Below, one piece after another: positions 12,520 through 26,057 of a DNA stretch of 64,000 nt (position 1 is the first letter of the stretch; every line of letters begins with the position of its first letter). The translations under genes were made by a program, and so were the position numbers. Location: NCBI GenBank assembly GCA_051362555.1, contig CM120641.1, positions 1,674,001 through 1,738,000 of the forward strand. Direction: 5' to 3'. The notes beneath the pieces are model-generated. The model had not been told where the DNA came from. It ran no database searches and saw only the letters and a list, made by a program, of their open reading frames with translations. Source of the DNA: Lingula anatina (taxonomy: Eukaryota > Animalia > Brachiopoda).

Positions 12520-14199
12520 TAAGAAATATAAACTGACACATACTGTACATCCACAGGAATATTGTTAGAGGTGAGCCAACAGGTCATTCAATTTTATGTG
12601 ATACAGTATCCATGCAGTAATGTATCATTTTGAAGCTGTTATATATACCACTTTCCATCTAGCCAAACTACTGGTAGCTATACCTGTACACACAATTTCT
12701 ATACAAATTAATGAGGAATGGAATATGAAACTTATATGACATTTAATGGTGTTATACTAATAAACTAGTACTAATACATACTATAATATATATAATATAA
12801 ATAATACAAACTAGTACTAGTACACAGTACATAATATATAATTCTAAACCATTCTTCAAATCTTCATAAATATATTTTCGTTCGTCAGCATAAAATGAAG
12901 AAATCATAATAAATCTTAAACAAAAAAAGTAGAAGGTCTATTTTGCACCACACTATATTACTTGCCATGTTATAACATTCGTGTTTAAGGTCATTTACCC
13001 AATACACATAAAACGTACATGTACTTGCAATTAATACCACCGAGCTTGGAAAATACTGAGTATATTTAAAACAGATCCGGCTTTTTTCACAGTGCCATAG
13101 TCAATATTTTAAGATCTGATATTAACTTTCACATTAAATCTGTCAATTGATGAATGGCAGAACAAGGGGAATTGCACAGATGGCAATGGCTTTTGGCAAT
13201 TATTGGTTCAATTAATTAGTTCATCTACCGTAGCTTGCGCTGCGGACATCACATATAAATCAAACATTCTGAAACACCAGACATTCCGACAGCTCAATTA
13301 TTGTGTAGAAAAGAAAATCACCGTGCAAAGTTTTGAAAGTAGCACAGTTCGCAACATTACCTACCCCTTTTTCTTTGAAAAATCTGTGCTCGCAGTACTA
13401 ATTGGAATTAACCAGTGTTGTTCTGTTGCCAAGCCACAATGACTGGGTTTGTAGAAAACATGAATTCCATTATGGCGGTTTGAAAAAAATTATTGATAAA
13501 ATAAAAAAAGGCATAAGTAAAATACATTCTTTACTAAAATTATATTTAAGCCTTGTAGAAAACTCTATAACTCAGTGTCTAATACATATTTACTTTATTT
13601 TAATAATTCACCCAAATCTCAATTTTCGCAAAGTCTCTTCATCCGGGTATTTAAAATATGGTGCTCCCCATGTGAGAGCGGGCAATGCAAGCAGGAAGAT
13701 GAAATGAAAAGCCAAGTCGCAAAGTATCTTTAAGAGAGTTTTCAATTCTTCTTTTTCTGGGGTCTTGTGACGCTTGGACATGTATTTTGTTTGAGGCATG
13801 TATACTTGTGTATGGGCATTGTTTTTCTATAATTTAACCTACGTGTACGTAGTGATAGGGTGAAACAATATGTATCACCAAGTGAAGTGGTTGTCTAAAA
13901 TCTAGAAAATGCTCCACATGTTACGTCTGATGTTGGCCTAAATAGGCAAGACAAGAATAGACAATTTGCACAAAACAAGTGTACATGGGTTGACCTGGTA
14001 CGCATTTCATGAGGAAGACATCATTACAAAAAGTAGACGCCAAACAAACCACTTGACCACAAGTATTATTTCCCTGTAAAATTTTTCTTGTTCTTAAATG
14101 TTTACTTCAGTGTACTTGTTCTTATTGCACAATGTTTGGCCTGGTTTTTTTACCATGTGATGGAGACTGGAGTACGTACAAGTCTTCATATGCAACCAT

Positions 14200-14970
14200 T
14201 ATAGTTTAAACATCTTTGGGGTTCAAAGGAATTTTTTCATGTGTCGTCTTCTCTGCTCTGGGGATCTTCTCTCCCAATCACTTAAGTTCACAGTGAAGTC
14301 CTCATACCCATCAGCCAGCTGAAATTCCCCCCTTTATATAAATGCCCTCTGTACGACTTCATAGTAGTTACACACAAGCTTTTCCAAGGAATCTACTAGT
14401 ACTAACTTTGGAATGTCAAATTGTTTCCATCCTGTTCTTAATTTCAAATTGTGGTTCAAAGACTCACAATAAATTGATGTTTGTCCCTGTGCAACTTCAC
14501 ATCTACACAGTACTGTCTTAGTTATCTCTTAAAATGGGCAATACATGTTTAGTGAAATATACTTCAAAATGGAGAACACTGTTCCTTATAAATTGGAGCA
14601 CTTCTTCTAATCTACATTCGAATATCGCCCAGGTACTTGAATATGTAAGTCAGAATTCTTCAAATACGAGTGAAACAAGTTGTCTTCTTCCTTCTACAGA
14701 TACAACAATTCTGCCCCTCAAGTACATGGTTAAGTTTTGTTTTAAATGCCGCTGGCACGATATCAGTTTTGCATCTGGAAAGGCAAATCGAGGTGCCTTG
14801 CAAATGTCTTTTTCTTCATCTGAACCAATAATGGGTTGAGCCAACGATCCAGATAGTTCTATTGCAATAGTAGAAAAAAAGTTACAAAAGTTTTCCAGTC
14901 CAAATGAGGATTGGGCCAAGAAATATGGGCTTGTCTTGTTTTCTTGCTGCTTCATGAATGAGTTCCCCAT
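14200..14970 (-). pseudogene. Decayed Mutator/MULE transposase fragment
   Basis: IIGSDEEKDICKAPRFAFPDAKLISCQRHLKQN matches the MULE second catalytic D plus FP...CxxH signature. After a frame break, CESLNHNLKLRTGWKQFDIPKL (~14470-14403) matches the catalytic-E region. Confidence 0.75.
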
Positions 14971-17239
14971 ATATGACTTTTGGGTTTACACCCCACACAT
15001 GACTTTTGGGTTTACAAGTGTTGCCAGCTGTTCCATTCTTTTGAGAACATTGTGGTTGTGTTCTGATGTAACTACGGCCTTGTTTGTTTTTGTTTGTTTT
15101 TTTTTTTTGTTTTTTTTTTTTTTTTGCATTCCCATGTGCAGCCCTCCCAGGTATTTATTGTTGATTCTGCTTGATTCCAGTTGATTCTGCTAAATATGTT
15201 TGATTCTGTTAAATAGTAGGACTGCGTAGGGGTAAGTTAGGCACAGCATGAACGAAGTGACAAATAACAGTGTCATAGACCGGGGGTAAGGTTGAAACTT
15301 TGCTTCAGTTTTCTACCCTAGATGCGGGATTGTGGAATCAGTGTTATCTTGCAGAGCAGCGTAGTCTGTGTTAGCAATGCTGACCTGTAAAGTGAACCCA
15401 AGTGGCTAAATTCACTTATTCTTGTGACAACTACAGTCTAACTAGCAGTGACGCACAGAGGCGGCTGCCACACCCTGATCAGGGGCATGAACAACTTACC
15501 ATAAATTTTCCACCTTTATGAGATCTTCAAATAGCTCCTAGCCTGTCTCTACTATATACACCAATTGGTTTGATCCAGTAGGATGAGCGTAGGAATGTTG
15601 GCTGATTGAAGAATAGCTGCACAGGAGATGTTGTCTCTATGGCGGTCCATCAGTGGAGTGAATCCGAATGAATCTGTTCTTAAATTTTCCGCTGCTCATT
15701 AACTTTCTCATAGGTGGCGCACCGTCCACTGCATAGGTGGCGCAACGTCCACAGCACAATCCACAACCACAATACCTGGAAGGATCTATGTAGTCTCATG
15801 TGTTGGTGTTCTTACTGATATGACTGCCCCTGCGCAGTCCCCTTGTGCTCGCAGGAATCCCAGGAACCTCTTGACACTGACAACAAACACTACTACGTCA
15901 AAGGCGTGTATGAGTGTTTGTATAGAAAGCCCTTAAACTATTAAAACAACACACATTCGGGTTTAAGTCACCTTTATTCTTACACCTCTAATACTACTGT
16001 AAACTACTGAACAAAGGCACAAGATACATGTAATACATTTAAAAGGCCCAGTGTCTTTGGCATGAGAACTTCCCGAAGGGGGGGAGAACTCTGCATGACT
16101 TGCTGCTGCCGCTGTGCAGTTTAAAACCGTGAAAGACCGTTGGGCAGTTACATGTGACCAAATTGAAACGAGGCAGCTGGTTCTGATTGGACTGGCCGCT
16201 GGTCAGTTACACGTGACCAGCTGAATTGCTATAACAAAGAGGGTGTGGGGATAAAGGTCCTTAGGCAACCCTCCTGTGTGAGTTTTAAATACCATTTAGT
16301 TTAAATGGGCACCTTGACTCTACTTAGGATCTTTCTATTGTTTTACTGCTTACCTTAGCAGACACGGTACACGAAATCCCTATCTATGGATGACCACCAG
16401 AATTCTCGCATTTCTTTTTCTTTCTCTATCTTGCCTCTCAGTAATGGCATCTGAAGGCTGCTATTACAGATATTGGTTTGTGATCTTCATGGGCAATTAT
16501 TGCTCTGCCTGTGTGTGCAGCACACATGAATTGTGGTTGATCCACCACCCCTGGGTCTTTTGTGTCTGATACCCGACCAGTGATAATTGAGATAAACAAC
16601 TCGATCATCAAGGTGTACTTTCTGGATATGTGACATCTACTTCTGCTTTGATCTTTTCCATATGCTTGAACATGTTTCCCTGTCTCGGCATCAAATTAAA
16701 TTCTTATCAACTCATTGAAACTAAGAAATTCAATATCTTTTTCAGTCCTCACTGGCAGTGCCATAGAGTAGTGTAGAAGGATAAAGTTACCAGTTGACCT
16801 CGAGAGGTCAGAATCTGGATGTTGGACATTATTTGGACTGTGATCACCCAGGTGAGTCATGTATGGTGCCTAGCTAAGAGTTTACTAGTCTTCTCTCTGT
16901 TTCTGAACTTACTTTATCCTTTTTGGGCATCTCACCCTTGAGTAGTGGAATAATTTTGGTAGATAAGTGTATCAATTTTTCTCTGAGGTTCGTAATTGTG
17001 GTGTCTTGCCTTTGGGATGTGTCGAGAAGGTGTTCTTTATTTGTTGCTTTATTGATTTGAACATTATGATATCACTTTTCCTGAACATGTGTGTAGCCCT
17101 GAAAAGGACTGTTTTTCATTTGGGCTACAGGTTTACTTCTGTAGGCATTTTAGAATGGCTGCTGAGTGGCATTTCACTTTGGTTGAGGTGACTACTTTCT
17201 TCTTTTTGGTTTTCATGATGAGGAACAGGGCCTGGACTT

Positions 17240-17800
17240 CTCAGTGCTGTCGTTGGCCTTTTTCATGAAGCTCTGCACATTGTACTAGTAATGTAACTTT
17301 TTATGATACACTCCTCCATCATGTCAGTGATTTGTCCAAACTCCCTCAAGGTCTTAGGACTGTAGTGGTGGTAATGCTTATGCAAAAGCTTAAAACTCTC
17401 CTCCAGAGTTTGAAGCATGGGGTTGTTCTTAATTGCTTGTAGTTCTTCAAACTCCGAACAATGTATGGCACAATGGGTGCTCACTACATATGGTCTGCCA
17501 GTCTCAAGTCTTGTGTATACACTGTTATTGGTACCTCAGTTGACAGAGGCTCCATCTGATTATGATTCAGTCATGAAGTGATGACTTAATCAATCAATGG
17601 CACACACAGTGCACAGGGGTTTGTCAGACTGGTAAGAGACTAGCTAATCCAAATCTGGTCCATTTGCAATTTGAGAAGGTTTGGAAAGCTGGTGAATGGC
17701 ATTTCACTGACCACAACACAGTAAGCAGTGTTGAATAGCTTCTTCACAAGGCTGTAGTGATGGTCCCCAGTCTTGTTCACAATCTGATCTAGAGGACCAG
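17240..17800 (-). pseudogene. Decayed hAT (ZNF862-like) transposase fragments
   Basis: Minus-strand pieces KKLFNTAYCVVVSEMPFTSFPNLLKLQ (~17750-17665), SDGASVN*GTNN (~17560-17525, with an in-frame stop) and THCAIH...LLHKHYHHYSPKTLREF resemble ZNF862-type hAT motifs (KLFNTAY, DGAxVxxG, CxxH, YSPK). Large deletions separate them. Confidence 0.72.
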
Positions 17801-17937
17801 CGCAGTGATCAGCTTCAATCCTTTACTGCACTGTAGTAGCCTCCATATAACACATCTATGAGCCTGAGATGAAAAGTGTCCCCCATGTCTCTCAGCTCTG
17901 CATTATATTAATGACACAGATATTTATTTATTTAGAA

Positions 17938-17945
17938 AATTATTA

Positions 17946-17995
<50 letters not shown>
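17938..17995 (+). repeat. (ATT)n microsatellite
   Basis: Direct reading of the sequence. Confidence 0.9.
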
Positions 17996-17996
<1 letters not shown>

Positions 17997-18469
17997 GTTA
18001 CACCCCCTCCCCTGGGTCTGTATTCAGCAGTCCTGGGTATTTGATTGACCTTGTGGAAACCCACTCCCAAACACTTTTCTATTCATATCTCTTTTTCTGT
18101 TCTTGACATTGTTTTCTATTTTGGAAGTTCCAGAAAAGTAAAAACTTTTATTCATTTGCTTTTTGGAACTCATTTTTAGGTCAAAAATTCTGGCATACCA
18201 TTCTTCACATATTATAGATCCACATGAACTATATAAATATTTTGTCTAATCTTTATCTCACAAGAGTTTCAGAGAACTGGAGTTGACACTTTCCTCTACA
18301 CACATCTATCATATTAATAAGTATATAGGGAGGGGAGAAAGGAAAATGTTTTGAACCAAAGTAGATACTCTTCATATATGTGTGTAGTGCAGGCTCACTC
18401 CAGTTCACTGAAACTCATGGTGGATCTTTTTATGTTTTTTTTTAGATAATCCGTGGGATTGGCTGAGAC

Positions 18470-21400
18470 ATGGACAGGGCCCATTACATCTCTCGGCCCA
18501 AACCTGGCGATGATGAGGATGACCTGTTGGAGTTTCAGAGAACGTTTCTCTCCAGTAAATCCTCGTCCTCTGCCACTGTCGTGACAAGTTCCAAACCAGA
18601 TAAAAGAGACGATGAAGCTAGCAATGGAAACGAGACTGCAGCCATTAAGACAACCCCAGCAGAGAGGGATGTTGTTAAGTTACAAGGTAATATTCTGTCA
18701 TGGATTGCTGAGCCTGTGCATAGTTTGATATCTCAGGATTTTGGGGATTGTTTCACAAAATATTTTAAATCAGTAATTTAAACCATGTAATTTATTCAGT
18801 TTCTTTCCATTCTCCTTATGTACAAATACATAATCCCACTGCAGTGAGATGTTATATGATAGTATATGTATATCCATTTTGCAGAGTCATATATTTGTTC
18901 ACTCAATTTCACGTACAGGTCAGCATCCACTGTGTCATGAGTAGTTATTTAAACATTTGAGTAGTTTGTCTACAGCTCTAATAACTAGTTTTATTCAGTG
19001 TGTACTTTTTGATTAAAAGTCCACTTAATTTGAGCTTTGGTAACAATGCAAAGTTAATAGCAGAATCTTTTGAAATATTTTTTTGTTTTAGGCTTACCGT
19101 CTACCCTTCCCACAGCCCCGACAGATATGCCACAGACACCCAAGAGATCAAAATTCCAGCAGAAAAAGGACACAGGAAAAAGTTGTACAGAATGTATAGA
19201 AGACCCAGAAGAGAGTTTAGAAAGTAATTCTGTTAACATAACTGTCATTGAAATTAGCAGCAAAATGATGGTCATTGAATTTTCGTTAAAGATAAGTCAA
19301 CATCAAAGCAGTCTAGATTCTTTCTCCAATTTCTGGACTTGTTTTTCCAATTATATGTATTTTATTATTATTATGCTACTTTATTTGCTAGTTAATTGTT
19401 ATTTTATTTAAAAAAAATTGCAAATATCTCAGTTTTTTGCCTCTCAGGTACCATCCGAAATTTCATGTTTTTCTAGATGTTCATTGTATTTAAATTTTTT
19501 TCTTTGTAGAACATGACAGACATATCACAAAAGTATTATCAGAGATTAAGGTGGGTGTAAAATATCTATCCTTTTTCTCAAAAATGCATATTGTATAATA
19601 GACCAGTCACTTAACAGTACAAAATTGGAAGAGTAATACTTGGGGCCTGTATTAACATTTAAAAAACTGTCTCCTCTTCTGTGCATAGAAATTATGACAA
19701 TTATTCCTTAAATCAGTGAAGGTAGCATATTATAGCATTTCTTTGCTAAATTGGTGCTTGCCATTAGACATAGTTATATTTTATATTCCAAGGAGAGGGA
19801 TATTCACCATGTACCAGTGTATTTCCCCAGACAGGTGTCTGATGCTTTCCCTAAGGTACTACAGTGGGACCCAAAGTCTAAGGTAAATATCTGTACAATA
19901 TTTCCCCAGACAGGTGACTGATGCTTTCCCTAAGGTACTACAGTGGGACCCAAAGTCTAAGGTAAATATCTGTACAATATTTCCCCAGACAGGTGACTGA
20001 TGCTTTCCCTAAGGTACTACAGTGGGACCCAAAGTCTAAGGTAAATATCTGTACAATATTTCCCCAGACAGGTGTCTGATGCTTTCCCTAAGGTACTACA
20101 GTGGGACCCAAAGTCTAAGGTAAATGTCTGTAACATAACTCTGTATCTATCTAAGCCACTTACATTGATTTGCAATTTAGCGAGAATCCTCTCGGAGTTG
20201 GATCGGTCTCTTAGAATATTTTCCTTTTCCAGTCCTCCTCAGGTTCAGTAAAGAAGCGGAGTATTTTTGCCCAGCAGTTGTCTCAGCAGGGAGGAGATCC
20301 AGTGCTTGAACAGACAGAGGAGGCGGAGGACGTGTCCTGTATATCAGAAATAATTGAGTCAGGTGTGTGTGATGGATGATGGATGGAGTATACATTTGAG
20401 TATGAGTTTGTCTTTTTTCATTGTCTACCCTAACTATACAATTATTGTTACTGCAATAATTAGAGTACAATATTCCTTCATGCTCTATATTGTTGCACAT
20501 TTGCCTAAGATTCAGGACATGATTACATTTTTTTCAAGTGATAATTCTGGTCTTGGCAGATATTTCATTGATATTTTTTATTACGAAGTACTTATTAAAG
20601 CAGTCATATTTCATTTGAATTAGAGTGCAGAGGAATAACAAGTGAAGAAAGGAAGAAAATCCATGAAGAGAATCTAGCTACAATGGCTTCTATGACAGAG
20701 CAGGAAATACTTGCTGAACAAGCTAAACTGAAGGGCATGCTCGGTAAAAAAAATCTTAGATAATTTATTTTTATTTTATATTTAAATACATTATATTTGA
20801 TTTATGTGAATTGATTTCTTAATCATGTAGCATAATATATTTTTTTGTCCTCCTTGTCATCTAATCTGATAGACATTGACTTCTGCATGAGGTGCGTGAA
20901 CCAAATTTTTAATATAAAATTGTGTCAAAAGGTACATGTCAACGTTTCAGATCCCAAACTTATTGAGTTATTAACCAAGGGAAGGCACGCAGAAACACCC
21001 AGTAAGAAGAAAGTACAGTTCCAGGTGGAGTCCACTGAGCAAATTGTAGAAAAGAAAAACAGATTGCAGGAAAACCCAGGTATAGAAAATAATTGTATAT
21101 TTGAAACATCCCAAATGTGAGTTTGAATGTGTAATTTCCTGTAAGTTCTAAATTTAATTGTTTTTATCAGTTTGAGTAATTATAATCCCATTGGAGCTTC
21201 TTTACGCCTGTAAGTATTTATTTTATGAATTAAGAGTGATGTTTTGAGGGTGAACAAATTTTCAGATTTGTACAGGATTGTTAAGTTTACTGTTTCAACT
21301 ACTTATGCCCAAAGTTTTGGACGTTTTGCCCCAAAAGATGGTGATGTGCTTACTTTCTCTACATGAATGCATATTTGACTGTACAGACTGTGAACTGAAC

Positions 21401-24400
21401 ATCAAGCCAGAGAAGACATGGCTGCACATGGACAAAGTAGAACCTGAGAAATTAGCTTGGATGAAAGATCTCCCCCCAGCAAAGCTAGACGATATTAAAG
21501 TATAAACAGTTTTTATTATTATTTTCTTTCTAAGATATTTGTGATTTTAACAAAAAATTGTAATGTTAGGTGGCATTGTATTTTACATAGAGAATATGTT
21601 CAAAGTTATATTAATTCCCCTAAAAAATTGGGTCTAAAATGTTAGAGATAGCAACTTGTAAAAAGGAATTTGGAAGTACTTTATTTATTTATTTATTTTT
21701 TTTTTAATTTTTGAAACTACTAAAATATTTCTCACAAAATGATAAATTTTATTCATGTTTTCAGACAGGTCAGACGGCCAGGTTTGACTTCCAAGGGTTG
21801 CTGATCTCCAGTGAGGAGGAAGTCCCCACCCATATAGGACTCCATCACCATGGGGAAGATCCACAGGTAGACATGTTATATCAGACATACAGAGCACAGT
21901 CCTGAGGGTACTACAAGACCTGTGGGTCTCTTTCCTTCTCACTGTGCCCTATCCTCTTTAGTGCGTTCTGGACTGTGTTCTACTTGTATAGTTGTAAGCA
22001 CTAAAACTTTACATGAATATTGTTTGTGGTTGAAAAAGAAGTGGATTGTTGGTTTAAAGAAATTGCCTTGTTTCCACATTAGGGAATGTTCAGAACGGTT
22101 TTGATAGAATAATTGATGAAACTTTTCAAAATTTGAATATACACAGCTGATAAAATTTCAGTTTAATTTGATAAAAAATATTATTTCTTCTGTTGTCTGT
22201 ACCTATTTTTTTTATTTTTGTGTAATTAAGAGGCCTGGTTACACCCTAGAAGAACTTTTTACTCTGGCAAGAAGTGCCAATATTCAGCAGAGAGTTATGG
22301 CTTTACAAACACTGTCCAAAATAATTCAAAATGTAAGTATATGCTTCAGATTTTTTAACATATGAAATTTATTGACATGAAGAGGATGAAATTTTTAGTT
22401 TTGTTTAGTATATTTAAAACATAAATTGTTTTGTTTGCATTTCAGTAATGATAAATTGATTTTTAATACCACAGTTATGAAATTTTTAAATTACATATAA
22501 TATATTCCATTAAAATTTTCATAGAAAAAGAAAATGAATAATAGAAATTTTTCTATTCCATCTCAGGCCAAGAAGGCTGTGTTTGGGGAAACCTTACAGA
22601 GGCCAATATTACCAGCTGTGTTAGAGGCTGGGCTTGTGTTCCTGATACGCTGGGCTCTGGACGATAGCGTAGAGACCACAGTGGCCACTTCTGTCCAAGC
22701 TCTGGCCGCTCTGCTGGTTAACCTAGATGATGAGGTATGTGTGTGCTCTAATACGCGCACACACACATACAGTTACACACAAAGCCTCCAACTGACTAGT
22801 CATATCATTGTATTATATAAATATTTTATTTTTGGATCTATTGATGTACATGCTGCAGAGAAAAACCAATGAAAAATTATTTAAATGATAATGACATCAG
22901 TAAAATTGTTTTACATTTCTTTCCTTGAAAATATCAGTTTGTCTTTAAAGGTAATTAAAGAGTAAGAGGTATACTTCTTAGACTGACATTTTCAGTACCA
23001 ATAAAATGAAGAATTCAAATACAATTTTATAATATTTAATAAAAAAAATTATGACATCTGTTTCTTAATCACAGGCTGCCCTGGACACAGTCTCCTGCTG
23101 GTACAGAGGTCTGGAGATATACACTCTTGTCTCACCACTAGATCATAAAGACTCAGAAGATGAAGGGGATAAAACACAACAAACAGATGCAGATGTTGTC
23201 AAGCAGGATGTTATTCAGGTATCTGTGATGTTTATAGACAAATTTTTGTAAAACAAGAATATAATTATAAGAATTGGAATAAATTTAATATGTATGTCGT
23301 AGAAGATTGAAATTTTTTTTTCTGATTCTGCAAAGAGAATACATTGTAGTTTCTTAAGTTTTGTGGTGAACAGAATTGACCAAACAGATCATTCAAAAAC
23401 GTAATATATTTATCTGGTGATGCAAGTTGGACCTAAAACAAGGTCTAAACAAGTCCTGTCTGAATGCAGCTTGCCAGACCAATACACACTTTATTTTTTA
23501 GACTTTATTTTTTCTTCCCAAGGGTTTGCTGAGAATGGATCTCCTTCCTCGTCTGCGGTACATCCTGGAGGTATTAAAACCCACGTCCTCTGTGGTGGTG
23601 AACATCTTGGACGTCCTGTGTAGAATAGCCTCCCACTCCCTGCAGTCTGCCCAGGATACCATGCAGTGTCCTCGCCTGATTGACACCATCTGCAAGGAGT
23701 TTTTACCTCTTCAGTGGAAACCTGTAGGTGAGTTGATTTAAAGCATTGTCTATAAAGATTGAAGTTAGTTTTGTATATTTTTTTCTCTTTAAAGTGGGAG
23801 CTCTGTGAGAATACTGTAAACTGGTCTTGGTTTGAAACTTTTGGAGGTAAACTGTTTAACCTGATCCTACAATCAAATTGGAAGGTGGAATTAGCAACTG
23901 TAATTTAAACTTTGATTTTGCTATTTGAATTGATTAAGGTATCTTCAGTGTGAGTACAATGCAAGTTCAGCATTTGCATCTACACTGATAAAATCAGTTC
24001 TCACAGTTCATTGGGTTTGCATTGATTTGCTGTGTGGTATGCCTGTCAATTAATCTTTAATTGAGATCCCTTTGTGGCTCCTCTTGTGTTTGCAATACAG
24101 TAGTTTATTATGCCTTAATATTTCACATGTCCATCTTCTGGTATATTTTCAGCTGACCAAGGTCCAGTGAGCTCAGTCCATGGCTGTCCAGTGGCCAAAG
24201 CCATGAAGCTGATCAGGATGTTATGTTCTGCTGGAAAGAACGTGGCAGCCATTTTGGTACGTAGTGGCAGTGGTTTTCATGAAATATGAGGTGAAATCTT
24301 CAGATCAGAGCTTTAAGTTAGAATCATTTTGCTGTTGTTCTTTAAGTTTCCCATCGTAATGTTTCATTGAGTATGTGATCATGAATACCTAAACTGAAAA

Positions 24401-25969
24401 CAAATCCTTTAAATGTGCCTCTAATTTACCAATGTCCAGGTTTTGTGGTCATCTTTTACAGGTATCCAAATACAAAATAATCAACAATGTGACAAGATAT
24501 GTAGCTGTACAGTTGAGGTGAGTACTGGGTCTTTGTGTATCAAACAATGTACCAGTGAAATTGCATGGATTCTTCACTCTTGCAAGACTTGATGATTATT
24601 AACTGTGTTGTATTCATGTCTGAAGGGCCCTTTACTTCTACCACCTTTACTTCTAGATATTGAATTGTTGTGGTTTTGAAGAATGCACATACTTTATGAG
24701 TTTACTGTTAGAGCTTGTGCTGTTTTTACCTGAATTGATTATTATATTAATATTATAGTTTTTAAGCCAATGTACATTTGAATATTTTTATAACTTGTAT
24801 TTAGATTAGTTGCTTTAAATGGTCTATTTTTAAACTTCATTGTAGACAAAGTGGTATTATTTAATGATTTCTATTCTAATGTTATTTCATTGTCTTGCCT
24901 ATAGTGAGTTACAGCTCCCTGCTGGTGAGGGTGAGGCACTTGTCGCTGAAAGTTTTAGAACATGGAGAGTGTTACTTTCTTATGGTCTTACCACGGACAG
25001 TGTAAGGTGAGAATGTTTGCCATATGTTGGACATGTTACAATTTTTATCTGTCCATGGTAATATGATATTCGCATGAGGCACTGTATATTACTCTATCTT
25101 TTCAGTGGGAAAAATAATCAAGCTTCCAGATACATTATTTTATATTCACAAAATTATATTTACATAAAGCAGTTGTGGTGCCTTTACTGCATAGAATGAA
25201 ATTACCATATTTAAATAATATGGAGTTGGAAAAAAATTGAATTTACATAATTTTAACATTTCAAACAAAAATACGATATCGTAATTGTCCTACCAATTAA
25301 TTCCTTCAGAGACCTGTATCCAGTATTAATAGGAAAACTACAGCATCTGTCCACAGTTTCCCTACAGCCATTGAAACCCATTGCAGACTGCCTGGAGCTG
25401 ATGGCACTACTGGAGACTGTAGTACATGTGGCTGCCAGCCACTCTTATCTGGCATCCAGGGAAACCAGCAGGTACAGGAACAGGTGTAATAATGTATTGA
25501 TTTGTATAATTCTGTAGTAAATGTAAAGTTACAACTTAAATGCACAGTCTTTAATTTTAGTTGAGGGTTTACTTCACAAAGTAAGTGGAAAATTGATTCT
25601 TGTAAATTGATTTCACAAGACTAATTACTTATTTCACAAAGCTGAAGAAAAAAATTGGGAAGAACATGAAAGACAATTATCAAAGAAAGGATTTTTACTT
25701 AATAGGATTTATGTTTCAAATTTCCCTATAATTACATCATGTATTGTTTTCAAGATGTGCTGTGTTATTGTCTCAGATTGCTGTATGATATTCCTCCATA
25801 CATATTACAACCAGTATATTATGTGTGTGTGTCCTCAGAGAGGCAGGAGACGTGCAGTGTGAGGTGGTCCTCCCTGCTTTAGACTGGAGTACTGTCGCTG
25901 GACTGATACAACCTGTAGAACTGCTGATGACCAGGTGGATGGAGCAGTTTGAAGAGGACTTTATTACAC

Positions 25970-26057
<88 letters not shown>

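Noticed and set aside
15705-15752. Tandem CTCF-like motif cataggtggcgca x2
   Set aside because: A simple 23-bp local duplication within transposon-rich DNA; only a partial motif match and no other support.
15789-15983. Possible solo LTR (TG...ATTAAA...ctttattcttaCA)
   Set aside because: No matching target-site duplication, second LTR or internal retroviral sequence was found.
19820-20133. Regularly spaced repeat resembling a CRISPR array
   Set aside because: Head-to-tail units with no unique spacers, derived from an RPAP1 exon, in a eukaryotic context with no cas genes.
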